This document shows, in pieces, positions 25,668-33,552 of a stretch of 40,812 nt of DNA. The DNA is from an uncultured Candidatus Saccharibacteria bacterium. Lineage in GTDB: Bacteria; Patescibacteriota; Minisyncoccia; Phycocordibacterales; EsbW-18. The stretch spans positions 1-40,812 of the forward strand of contig CAZMAP010000002.1 of NCBI GenBank assembly GCA_964564385.1, in the 5' to 3' direction. The position numbers were made by a program, and so were the translations under genes. The notes beneath the pieces were generated by a model. It saw only the letters and a program-made list of their open reading frames with translations, was not told the origin of the DNA and searched no databases. Every line of letters begins with the position of its first letter. Position 1 is the stretch's first letter.

Positions 25668-25865
25668 ATGGGCAACCAAGGAATTTCTTTTGACGAGGGA
25701 CGTGGGGAGTTTGTTCTTCGTGATCTCGCGGGGAACACAACATACTATTCCGTCCGCGCGATGCAGCAGATCGTTCGCGAAGCGAACATGATCTTGCTCG
25801 GTCTTGCCGACGCGCCCCCGCCCACTCGTCGTGGCGGTGTGAAGGAACCCATCGTACACCACTGA
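25668..25865 (+). CDS. Small orphan protein (65 aa), own promoter and terminator
   Basis: SD AGAGAGGAGGAAGAGG lies before the ATG, and a terminator CCCCGCAC/GTGCGGGG lies at 25873-25906. The FV.R...G......A...h.E...hL pattern is shared with 26028..26237. Confidence 0.55.
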   Translation: MGNQGISFDEGRGEFVLRDLAGNTTYYSVRAMQQIVREANMILLGLADAPPPTRRGGVKEPIVHH

Positions 25866-25948
25866 CGGCCTAGCCCCGCACAAAACGTGCGGGGCGTTGT
25901 ATTTGTAAAACGCGCTTTTTTGAAGTGTTTTGTTGTGTTTGCATTGCA

Positions 25949-25977
25949 TTGACCGCTGACACGCGTCTGTGTATCCT
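25949..25977 (+). promoter_or_regulatory. Promoter-like TTGACC-17-TATCCT
   Basis: TTGACC at 25949-25954 and TATCCT at 25972-25977. Confidence 0.4.
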
Positions 25978-26027
25978 CGTGGCAGATGTTCACATTCGCG
26001 CATCGCGCGGAAAGGAGTGAAAACACA

Positions 26028-26237
26028 ATGAGTACGGATCGCAACGGTCCACGCGTGGCGTACCACTCTCGGGAGAAGATGTTCGTTGTTCGTGGCGACG
26101 ACGGTCGGCCCATTCGCCTCGACCGTTCGGGTGCCGAGGAAGTGCTCATGGAGCTCGGCCGGATGCTGGGAGAGGAGCGTGCTCTTGATGCGCGTTTGGC
26201 GCAAATAAAGCTCCTCGACACTATCTGCCAAAAGTGA
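26028..26237 (+). CDS. Small orphan protein (69 aa), weak paralogue of 25668..25865
   Basis: SD GAAAGGAG lies before the ATG at 26028. The similarity to the neighbouring small ORF is judged by eye. Confidence 0.5.
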   Translation: MSTDRNGPRVAYHSREKMFVVRGDDGRPIRLDRSGAEEVLMELGRMLGEERALDARLAQIKLLDTICQK

Positions 26238-26245
26238 TGTAGACG

Positions 26246-26512
26246 ATGCGACCCGCAAAGGTCGTCGTTCTCGAAAGGTCGGTGAGGCTTTCTCCAAAGC
26301 AAAAGGAGGAGTGCCGCCAATACGAGAGTCTCGTCAAGAGGATGTCTGTTCGGCAGCTTACTCGAGCAGAAATCGAGTTCCTCGATAAGCACGAGAATAC
26401 ATGCCTAGGACGACATTCGGCTCGTGCTCACGAGCGGGCGCTCGGTCTCACCCTTGGTGCCCTTGATCCTGGTGGAACGAGCGACCCGAAGAAGTTGCGC
26501 TCTGTCCGCTAA
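26246..26512 (+). CDS. Small orphan protein (88 aa), same transcription unit as 26028..26237
   Basis: It starts 8 nt after the upstream stop and has no SD of its own. A terminator lies at 26520-26555. Confidence 0.4.
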   Translation: MRPAKVVVLERSVRLSPKQKEECRQYESLVKRMSVRQLTRAEIEFLDKHENTCLGRHSARAHERALGLTLGALDPGGTSDPKKLRSVR

Positions 26513-26565
26513 TCAATAACCCCGTCTCGCTGTGCGCGAGGCGGGGTGCGTTTTTGTGGCGGCTT

Positions 26566-26961
26566 CTAGTGAAGTCTCTTTTTGATCTCGTCTCTCACTT
26601 TGTTGAGCTCTTCGGGTGTTGCGGGTTTTGCTCGTTCAGGGTTGAGCTCATGTCCGTGGTTGATTGGAACGAGGTGGAGGTGGGCATGTGCGATGCCGAA
26701 TCCTTCGATGGCGAGACCTGTTCGTGTTGTTCCCATTGCTTCTTTCAAGATTGGGGCAAGGAGTCGTGCAACGTCGAACATCTGTCCATAGAGGGGTTGT
26801 GGAACGTCAAAGAAATGGTCCACGTGTTTCTTGGGAACAATGAGCGTATGGCCGGGGTTTATCGGCTTTATATCTAGAAAGGCTACACTGTTCTCGTCCT
26901 CGTAGAAGATATCTGCGGGAATTTGACGAGAGGCTATTTTGCAGAAGATACAGTCATTCAT
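26566..26961 (-). CDS. HIT family (histidine triad) protein
   Basis: CIFCKI, NPGHTLIVPKKH and the HAHLHLVP triad. Confidence 0.92.
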   Translation of the reverse strand: MNDCIFCKIASRQIPADIFYEDENSVAFLDIKPINPGHTLIVPKKHVDHFFDVPQPLYGQMFDVARLLAPILKEAMGTTRTGLAIEGFGIAHAHLHLVPINHGHELNPERAKPATPEELNKVRDEIKKRLH

Positions 26962-26988
26962 GGCTGATAGTATATAGTATCGCTACCC

Positions 26989-28671
26989 ATGACCGAACTA
27001 CTCAAAAAACTCCTTGCGTTGCGGGGCATAACGACCGAGGAAGATATCGAAAGCTTCCTTTTTCCTGATTATACCAAGCACATACTCGATCCGATGCTTT
27101 TGTCGGATATGGATGCTGCAGTCAAACGTATTATCAAGGCTTTGAAAGAGGGGGAGAAGATCAAAGTCTTCACTGACTTTGACGCTGATGGCATTCCGTC
27201 CGCGGTTCTCATGAACGACGCGCTTACGAAGCTCGGTGCAAAAGATTTTTCTATTTCGATTCCACATCGCAACACCGAAGGGTTTGGTCTCAACGAGCGC
27301 GTTGTCGACGAATGTATCGAAAACAAGGTACAACTTCTCATCACCATCGACTGTGGCATGGGCGACGCGGTTCGCATTGACCGCGCTGTTGCTGCAGGCA
27401 TCGACGTCATCGTTATCGATCACCACCAGGAAGGGGAGGGCTCCCCCTCCGGAGCCTTGGCGAAGGAGGGAGGTGCGCCGCGCTGTCTTGTCATCAATCC
27501 CAACAAAGAAGGAGATGAATATCCCAACAAGTATCTCTGTGGTGCGGGTGTGGCCTACAAAGTTGTGCAGGCAGTCATCGCTCGGCTCCGTGCCGATAAC
27601 GACACGCGTGTTGTCGAGGTACCTGTTGGGTGGGAGAAATGGCTCCTCGATATGGTTGGTATCGCAACACTCTCAGATATGGTGCCGCTCCTTGGCGAGA
27701 ACCGCGCACTTGCGCACTACGGTCTCATGGTGCTGCGTAAATCTCCGCGTCCGGGTATTCGTGCGCTGTGTCAACGTGCGCGCATTCAGCAGTCGCGGCT
27801 TACCGATGACGACGTTGTCTTTACTATCACACCTCGTATCAACGCCGCGTCACGTATGGATGAACCCGAGGCTGCATTCCGATTGCTTGCCGCAACGACG
27901 ATGCAAGAGGCGGATCTTCTTGCTGAACATCTCGAAGGCGTCAACAACAGTCGCAAGGGTGCTGTTGCATCGATGACAAAAGAGATTAATGCGATGCTCG
28001 CATCGCGCGAGGAGATTCCATCGGTTGTTGTGGTGGGCAACACGCACTGGCGTCCAGGTCTGCTTGGTCTTGCTGCCACAAAAGTCGCTGAAACATACAA
28101 TCGCCCTGCGTTTGTGTGGGGCCAAGGCGAATCGACGATGATCAAGGGCTCATGTCGCTCTGGCGGAGGCGTCGACATTATGTTGCTTATGACCGAGGCT
28201 AAAGAATGTTTCGTCGAATACGGTGGACACAAACATTCGGGTGGGTTTTCAACAACGGTGCAGCACATTGTTCGTCTCGAAGAGTCGCTCTCCGAGGCGC
28301 TCAATCGTGCGGTGGCGATAGTGCATGAAGAGGCGCCCGAGCACGATGCGGAGCTCATGCTTTCTGACGTTACTTACTCGATGCACACCGATATCCAACG
28401 CATGGCACCGTTTGGCGCAGGCAACAAGAAGCCAGTGTTCCTTTTTAAAGATTGTTTGGTCTCCGCTGCAGAGCCTTTTGGTAAAGAAAAACAACACACG
28501 CGTCTCGCACTTGGTGAGAACGGTGCTGTGTCTGCAATCCAATTCTTTTCTGATGAAAAACTCCGAGGCGTGACGGCGGGGGATACGGTCTCACTCCTCG
28601 CGCACATCGAGGAAGATGCATTTGGGAAGAGGAGAGGAATTAGGTTGAGGATTGTTGATATTGTGCGGTAA
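26989..28671 (+). CDS. recJ: Single-stranded-DNA-specific exonuclease RecJ
   Basis: DHH motifs DFDADG, ITIDCG and IDHH, plus DHHA1 GGHKHSGGF. Confidence 0.9.
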   Translation: MTELLKKLLALRGITTEEDIESFLFPDYTKHILDPMLLSDMDAAVKRIIKALKEGEKIKVFTDFDADGIPSAVLMNDALTKLGAKDFSISIPHRNTEGFGLNERVVDECIENKVQLLITIDCGMGDAVRIDRAVAAGIDVIVIDHHQEGEGSPSGALAKEGGAPRCLVINPNKEGDEYPNKYLCGAGVAYKVVQAVIARLRADNDTRVVEVPVGWEKWLLDMVGIATLSDMVPLLGENRALAHYGLMVLRKSPRPGIRALCQRARIQQSRLTDDDVVFTITPRINAASRMDEPEAAFRLLAATTMQEADLLAEHLEGVNNSRKGAVASMTKEINAMLASREEIPSVVVVGNTHWRPGLLGLAATKVAETYNRPAFVWGQGESTMIKGSCRSGGGVDIMLLMTEAKECFVEYGGHKHSGGFSTTVQHIVRLEESLSEALNRAVAIVHEEAPEHDAELMLSDVTYSMHTDIQRMAPFGAGNKKPVFLFKDCLVSAAEPFGKEKQHTRLALGENGAVSAIQFFSDEKLRGVTAGDTVSLLAHIEEDAFGKRRGIRLRIVDIVR

Positions 28672-28728
28672 GAAGCGTATAAGATATCCGGATTTGTCGA
28701 GATTCCAACCCTTCCCATGGAGGACGCG

Positions 28729-28953
28729 ATGGAAAGTGAGCGATCAGCGGAACTGCTTCTCAGGCTTGCGAGGTGGCTCATCAACAAAGACGGGCTGCTT
28801 ACCACAAGGAGTCTTCAAGCCGCGTTCGATGAGGACGCGTCCTTGAGGCCACACTTCCCACAAGGCTTCCAGTTCGTCCTGCGGCAGCTTCTGCTGCGGG
28901 GCAACCTTCGAGAGGAGGTTGTTGACGGGATGAACGTTCTGGTCATCGTTTGA
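28729..28953 (+). CDS. Small orphan protein (74 aa), GC-rich mini-cassette
   Basis: GGAGG lies 5 nt before the ATG at 28729. A terminator GCCCCTTGC...GCAGGGGGC with a GGCTTTCGTTT tail ends at about 29018. Confidence 0.45.
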   Translation: MESERSAELLLRLARWLINKDGLLTTRSLQAAFDEDASLRPHFPQGFQFVLRQLLLRGNLREEVVDGMNVLVIV

Positions 28954-29037
28954 TCCGCCGATGAGCGTGAGAAGCCAACGCCCCTTGCAACCTTAACTGG
29001 CGCAGGGGGCGGCTTTCGTTTGGTATACTCAGGGAAC

Positions 29038-29460
29038 ATGAAATTTATCGTTAACACCGATGGGGGAGCACGAGGAAATCCGGGTCCGTCGGGGATTGGC
29101 TTCGTGATTCAGCAAGATGGCGAAGTCATCAAAAAAGGCAAAGCCTACATCGGCGAGACGACAAATAACCAAGCCGAGTACGAAGCGCTTATCCGCGCGC
29201 TTGGCGAGCTCGATGCCATCGTTCCAAAAGAGGGGAGAAAGGAAAATCACGTTGAGGTTCGCATGGACAGCGAACTCGTTATCAAACAGCTTCGCCGCGA
29301 ATACAAAGTGAAAGATGCGGGTCTCAAGCTCCAATTTGCAAAAGTCGGCGCGCTCATCGCACAGTTCCCAAACATCTCATTCGTTCACGTGATGCGTGAA
29401 GAGAATGGTATGGCTGATGAGCTTGCGAACGAGGCAATGGACGAACATTTAGAAAAGTAA
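29038..29460 (+). CDS. rnhA: Ribonuclease HI
   Basis: NTDGGARGNPGPSGIG, NNQAEYEALIRAL and MDSELVIKQL. A TATACT -10 box lies 11 nt upstream of the ATG, giving a very short leader. Confidence 0.88.
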   Translation: MKFIVNTDGGARGNPGPSGIGFVIQQDGEVIKKGKAYIGETTNNQAEYEALIRALGELDAIVPKEGRKENHVEVRMDSELVIKQLRREYKVKDAGLKLQFAKVGALIAQFPNISFVHVMREENGMADELANEAMDEHLEK

Positions 29461-29468
29461 CTTTTTAT

Positions 29469-29762
29469 ATGACAGGATTCATACAATTTGTACGAGAACA
29501 AGGTGTCGTTGGACTAGCAATCGGTTTTATCCTCGGTGGTGCAGTGGGGAAGGTGGTTACATCACTCGTTACTGATGTGGTAAATCCGCTTATTGGATTG
29601 ATATTCGGAAATGTCGCAGGACTTGCCGATATGTCCATTGGGGTCGTGAAGTTGGGAAGTTTCATTTCGGCGCTCATCGATTTCGGCATCATCGCCGCTG
29701 TGGTGTATTTTGTGTTTAAAGGATTGAAGATTGATCGGTTGGATATAAAGAAAGAGGGGTAG
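29469..29762 (+). CDS. mscL: Large-conductance mechanosensitive channel MscL (short)
   Basis: F.EF..QGVVGLAIGFILGGAVGKVVTSLVTDVVNPLIG plus a second TM helix. Confidence 0.85.
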   Translation: MTGFIQFVREQGVVGLAIGFILGGAVGKVVTSLVTDVVNPLIGLIFGNVAGLADMSIGVVKLGSFISALIDFGIIAAVVYFVFKGLKIDRLDIKKEG

Positions 29763-29802
29763 AGATGCTCGTTGCCCAAAAGATTAAAAAAGCGCTCGTG
29801 TC

Positions 29803-29830
29803 TTGACACACAGCGCTTTTTTGGTATAAT
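29803..29830 (+). promoter_or_regulatory. Extended -10 consensus promoter TTGACA-16-TGgTATAAT
   Basis: TTGACA at 29803-29808 sits in the loop of the mscL terminator. TATAAT is at 29825-29830, with TG at 29822-29823. Confidence 0.65.
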
Positions 29831-29879
29831 ACATCCAGACCATATACCCCGTCTTTGACGGGAGAGAGGAAGGAAGACC

Positions 29880-30359
29880 ATGAAGAACAGCAAGATGTTG
29901 CTGTGGGCGTTCATCGTGAGCGCCTGCATCACCATCGTGCAGTTTGCGATGGTGGCAATGGGGGCTGGGGAGGTCGCGTGGATCGGAGTGGTCGGGGTGG
30001 CGGCACTCACCGTCATCACGGTGTACATGCATCGGCCTGAGGGTCCAAGCATCGTACTCGCCATGTTTTCCGTGGCGGGACTGATCCTCGGTGGTGTGTT
30101 TCAGCTGGCGGGGAAAGAAGGGGTTCTCTTTGCTGCGGCGGCGCTGGTCGTGGCGCTGTTTGTGGAATCGAGGGCTTTGACTATGAGGAGCCGTCTCGAT
30201 GGTGCTCAAGGCCTCATGCTCATGCTGGGCATGATCATCGGGTGGCAGGTTAGCGCCACCTGGACGCTCATTCTCCTCGTTTCCTGGGTGTGGGCGCTCT
30301 TCCAGGAGCACCGCCGTGCCGCCAGGTGCGCACTCCCCACGGCTTCGACAGGTACCTGA
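29880..30359 (+). CDS. Orphan 4-TM membrane protein, GC-rich cassette
   Basis: SD GAGAGGAAGGAAG. Four hydrophobic helices. A terminator CCCCGCC/GGCGGGG lies at 30390-30431. Confidence 0.6.
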   Translation: MKNSKMLLWAFIVSACITIVQFAMVAMGAGEVAWIGVVGVAALTVITVYMHRPEGPSIVLAMFSVAGLILGGVFQLAGKEGVLFAAAALVVALFVESRALTMRSRLDGAQGLMLMLGMIIGWQVSATWTLILLVSWVWALFQEHRRAARCALPTASTGT

Positions 30360-30445
30360 CCTCCAACCTCTCGCTCCGCTCTTTCTTCACCCCGCCCGAG
30401 CTCGCTCGTGGCGGGGGTTGTGCTTTTATCTTCTCTTCATGACAT

Positions 30446-31912
30446 GTGGCGCATGGTGCTACCATGCGCCCCGTTTTTGTTCACACTGGATTCTGGGGAT
30501 TCCTGAGCGGTGTATCGCTTCAGTTTTTCTATGACGTTTCGTGGGAGTATGGATTTGAAGCAATCCTCGTCGGTATCGCGTTTGTTCTCATGTATAAGTC
30601 GTCAAACAAGAAGGCGATTTTTTGTTTCGCACTTTTTCTTGTTTGCTTTGGAATAGGTGTCGCTCGTTCCTACCAGTCGAGACTCTTTGCTGGTGACCCA
30701 GATATTTCCGCACATGTTGGCCAATCGCTGACCATTGAGGGAGTTATTGTGGACGATCCACAGATGAGTCCGACGGGGCAAAAGATCTTGGTTGATGTGG
30801 GGAAGGAAGACATTCTCGTCTCGGTTCCGACATATCCCATTTTTTCATATGGAGATAGGGTGAGTGTTGCAGGAAAGCTCGAGCTTCCTGAATCATTTGA
30901 AACGGACTTGGGACGGGTGTTCGATTATCCGAGGTTTCTTGCACGAAAGGGAATATTTCATGTGATCAAGCGGGGGAGCGTAGAGTTCATTGAATCAGAC
31001 CAAGGGAATCCAATCCGCGCTGTCTTTATCAAAACAAAACATGCGTTTGTCGAAAGCATCGGTCGGACCGTGTCGGAACCATCAGCAGGACTGGCATCGG
31101 GTGTCGTTCTTGGTGTCGAGGGTGCGTTGTCAAAAGAACACGAGGAGGCGTTTCGTGTTGCTGGGTTGATCCATGTCATCGTGGTTTCCGGCTACAACAT
31201 CACCATGGCAGGCGACTTCGTGCGGACGCTTCTCAGATCATTCTCTCCAATCGTGGGGTCGCTCGGGAGCATTGTCGGTATCGTCGTCTACATCATGATC
31301 GCCGGAGCGTCATCAACAGCAATCCGCGCGGGCATCATGGCCGGGCTTACCGTGCTTGCACGTGTGGTGAAACGACACTACAGCGTGACGCGGTCACTCA
31401 TGCTCGCCGCATGCGTGATGATATTTCACGTGCCGTATATCTTGCTCTACGATCCGTCATTCCAACTCTCGTTTCTCGCCACGTGGGGACTTGTTGCCAT
31501 CGCACCGCTCTATGCCAAACATCTCGAGTGGGTGCCCGAGGCGGGTGGATTGCGCGAGACGCTCGGAACAACCCTCGGTGCACAGACAGCGGTGACGCCC
31601 ATTCTCTTATATCAATCAGGCATGACCAACCTCCTCACGCTTCCTGCGAATCTCTTGGTCTTGCCCACGATGCCGCTCTTCATGCTCGGCGCTTTGGCGG
31701 TCGGCGTCGCAGGATTATTTGGTACATTCATCGCGCTTCCGTTCTCAATCCTCATCGAGGCGCTCGGCGCGTACACTTTCCGGGTCGTCAAAATCGCCGA
31801 CAGCTTTCCGTCGATGTTGGTGAAGGTGGGTGTGATGCCGATCTCAGTGCTTGTTGGCCTGTACGTGGTGATTGGGGTGTGGGTGTTATTTGGACGAAAA
31901 GGCGACAATTGA
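30446..31912 (+). CDS. comEC: ComEC/Rec2 competence channel protein (DUF4131 plus Competence domains, no MBL domain)
   Basis: OB-like N-terminal domain, then FRVAGLIHVIVVSGYNITM and multiple TM helices. The start may be the ATG at 30464. Confidence 0.85.
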   Translation: MAHGATMRPVFVHTGFWGFLSGVSLQFFYDVSWEYGFEAILVGIAFVLMYKSSNKKAIFCFALFLVCFGIGVARSYQSRLFAGDPDISAHVGQSLTIEGVIVDDPQMSPTGQKILVDVGKEDILVSVPTYPIFSYGDRVSVAGKLELPESFETDLGRVFDYPRFLARKGIFHVIKRGSVEFIESDQGNPIRAVFIKTKHAFVESIGRTVSEPSAGLASGVVLGVEGALSKEHEEAFRVAGLIHVIVVSGYNITMAGDFVRTLLRSFSPIVGSLGSIVGIVVYIMIAGASSTAIRAGIMAGLTVLARVVKRHYSVTRSLMLAACVMIFHVPYILLYDPSFQLSFLATWGLVAIAPLYAKHLEWVPEAGGLRETLGTTLGAQTAVTPILLYQSGMTNLLTLPANLLVLPTMPLFMLGALAVGVAGLFGTFIALPFSILIEALGAYTFRVVKIADSFPSMLVKVGVMPISVLVGLYVVIGVWVLFGRKGDN

Positions 31913-31948
31913 AAGGCAACAATTCATTTTCATTTAGATTGTCGCCTT
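31899..31948. terminator. Bidirectional hairpin between convergent comEC and sodA
   Basis: AAGGCGACAAT(31899-31909) pairs with ATTGTCGCCTT(31938-31948). Confidence 0.7.
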
Positions 31949-32584
31949 CTAATCCTGAATCGCTTTATCAAACCACTCAGAGACTGTCTCCCAGTTGATC
32001 GCATCAAGATATGCCGCGGCATACGTTGCCTTGTCGGCCGGAGCATAGTCCAAAAGATATGAGTGTTCCCACATGTCCAAGGTGACAATAGGGGACAGGC
32101 CCGTCAGGTGACCCAAGTGCTGTTCGTCGACCCACTGGGTGAGGAGTCGCTTGGCGATAGGGTCGTAGTAGAGCATTGCCCAGCCGATGCCGCGGGTGAG
32201 GGCGATGGCCTTGAACCGGTTCATGAAGGCGTCGACGCTGCCCCACGTTTCGGTTATTGCCTGTGCGAGAGCGCTGTCTGCCGAGAGGGCTTTGGGGCCA
32301 CCCTCAAGGGCGCCAAAGTAATATTCGTGGTTTCGCATGCCGTCGAATTCGAAGGCAAAGCGGCGCTGGAGCTCGCCAAGGGCGTATGCGTTTGCCCCCG
32401 CCTGCGCCAAGGCTCCGGCGGACAGGTCGGAATCCTTGGAGTACTCCTCAATCTTGCCAAGGACAACATTTGCCTGTTTTACGTACCCTTCATAGAGCTT
32501 GATGTGGGTTTCAAACGTCTTGGAAGAGATGCCGGGAACCTCCGGAAGTGCAAACTGGCGGGCTGAGTAGGGGGTAGTGGTCAT
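31949..32584 (-). CDS. sodA: Fe/Mn superoxide dismutase
   Basis: DMWEHSYLLDY, NHEYYF and GWAMLYYD. The start is taken at MTTTPYS (32584). Confidence 0.88.
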   Translation of the reverse strand: MTTTPYSARQFALPEVPGISSKTFETHIKLYEGYVKQANVVLGKIEEYSKDSDLSAGALAQAGANAYALGELQRRFAFEFDGMRNHEYYFGALEGGPKALSADSALAQAITETWGSVDAFMNRFKAIALTRGIGWAMLYYDPIAKRLLTQWVDEQHLGHLTGLSPIVTLDMWEHSYLLDYAPADKATYAAAYLDAINWETVSEWFDKAIQD

Positions 32585-32711
32585 GATGGGGTGAAAAAGA
32601 TTCTTGGTGAGGTCTTCTAATAAAAATAAGTATATCATGGCCACAAAATGGCTTTGTTTAGCTGTTTTTACAATTCAGCACTTGACGAATAAGCAATCAT
32701 GTGTGGTGCTA

Positions 32712-32790
32712 TTGACAAAAAAATCGGCACTGCTATAATGAGGCATCTTTCTCTTCGGAAAGAGCCGTCCTCCGGGGCGGCTTTTTCGTT
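32712..32790 (+). promoter_or_regulatory. Consensus promoter TTGACA-16-TATAAT followed by a two-hairpin leader that ends in a terminator-like stem plus T-run
   Basis: TTGACA at 32712-32717 and TATAAT at 32734-32739. Hairpins CTTTC-tcttcg-GAAAG and AGCCGTCC-tccg-GGGCGGCT, then TTTTTCGTT, ending 13 nt before the ATG at 32803. Confidence 0.55.
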
Positions 32791-32802
32791 GGGGAAGACA
32801 CT

Positions 32803-33384
32803 ATGCAATATACAAAAATCAAAAACCTTTATACGCTTCTTGCAAAAATGGCTGTGTGCGCGCTCATTGCGGCCCTTGCGTTTACTTCTAACATCGCGCT
32901 TCTCAGCAATCACCACGCCCAGGCGGCATCTATTGAGGCCCTTGGATCGTCTGATGTTGACGATGAGATTCTCTGGTTTGCCCGAACTATCTATTCTGAG
33001 ACCAAGAAGGTCGAAGAACAGCGACTCGTTGCGTGGGTTATCCGCAATCGCGTTGACTCAGGTCTCTACGGCGATACATATGAAGATGTCGTTCTTGCTC
33101 GCGGTCAGTTCTCTGGTATGCATGCAACTGACAAGCAGTATGCCACCAACATCTCGATGGACTATGACGATACGAGCCCCGCGTGGGACAGTGCCCTTTC
33201 GATTGCCCGTTCTGTCTATTATGCGGACGCGATTCTCAACCCGCTTTCGTCAGATGTGATGCATTTCTACTCACCGATTTCTGTCATCAACACGCCGTCA
33301 TGGGCGTTGGGTCTTGAACCCGCTCACACGGTTGCCGATCCTGTCACCAAGCACATCCGCTTCGCGTTCTACGCCATCAACTAA
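32803..33384 (+). CDS. Secreted cell wall hydrolase (SleB/CwlJ Hydrolase_2-like)
   Basis: Signal peptide, then ARTIYSETKK...VAWVIRNRVDS..YGDTYEDVVLARGQFSG. Confidence 0.65.
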   Translation: MQYTKIKNLYTLLAKMAVCALIAALAFTSNIALLSNHHAQAASIEALGSSDVDDEILWFARTIYSETKKVEEQRLVAWVIRNRVDSGLYGDTYEDVVLARGQFSGMHATDKQYATNISMDYDDTSPAWDSALSIARSVYYADAILNPLSSDVMHFYSPISVINTPSWALGLEPAHTVADPVTKHIRFAFYAIN

Positions 33385-33466
33385 AAGATAGGGAAGGACG
33401 CAAACCACCCCGTACAGAAATGTGCGGGGTGGTTTGTTTATGTAATGTTTAAACAGTCTGTAAAGA

Positions 33467-33494
33467 TTGACTTATGTTTTATAGTTGCTATAAT
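33467..33494 (+). promoter_or_regulatory. Near-consensus promoter TTGACT-16-TATAAT
   Basis: TTGACT at 33467-33472 and TATAAT at 33489-33494. Confidence 0.65.
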
Positions 33495-33552
33495 CCAAAA
33501 TGGATGATCGGCGAATGTCTCGCCCTTCACAATTCAGTGCGGGAGGAGTCAC

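Noticed and set aside
25650-26392. Two 215-aa antisense ORFs (25650..26297 and 25745..26392) across the small-ORF region
   Set aside because: Both run against three consecutive + strand promoter/SD/terminator units and have R/S/P/C-rich low-complexity translations. I kept them as a stated alternative that proteomics could revive.
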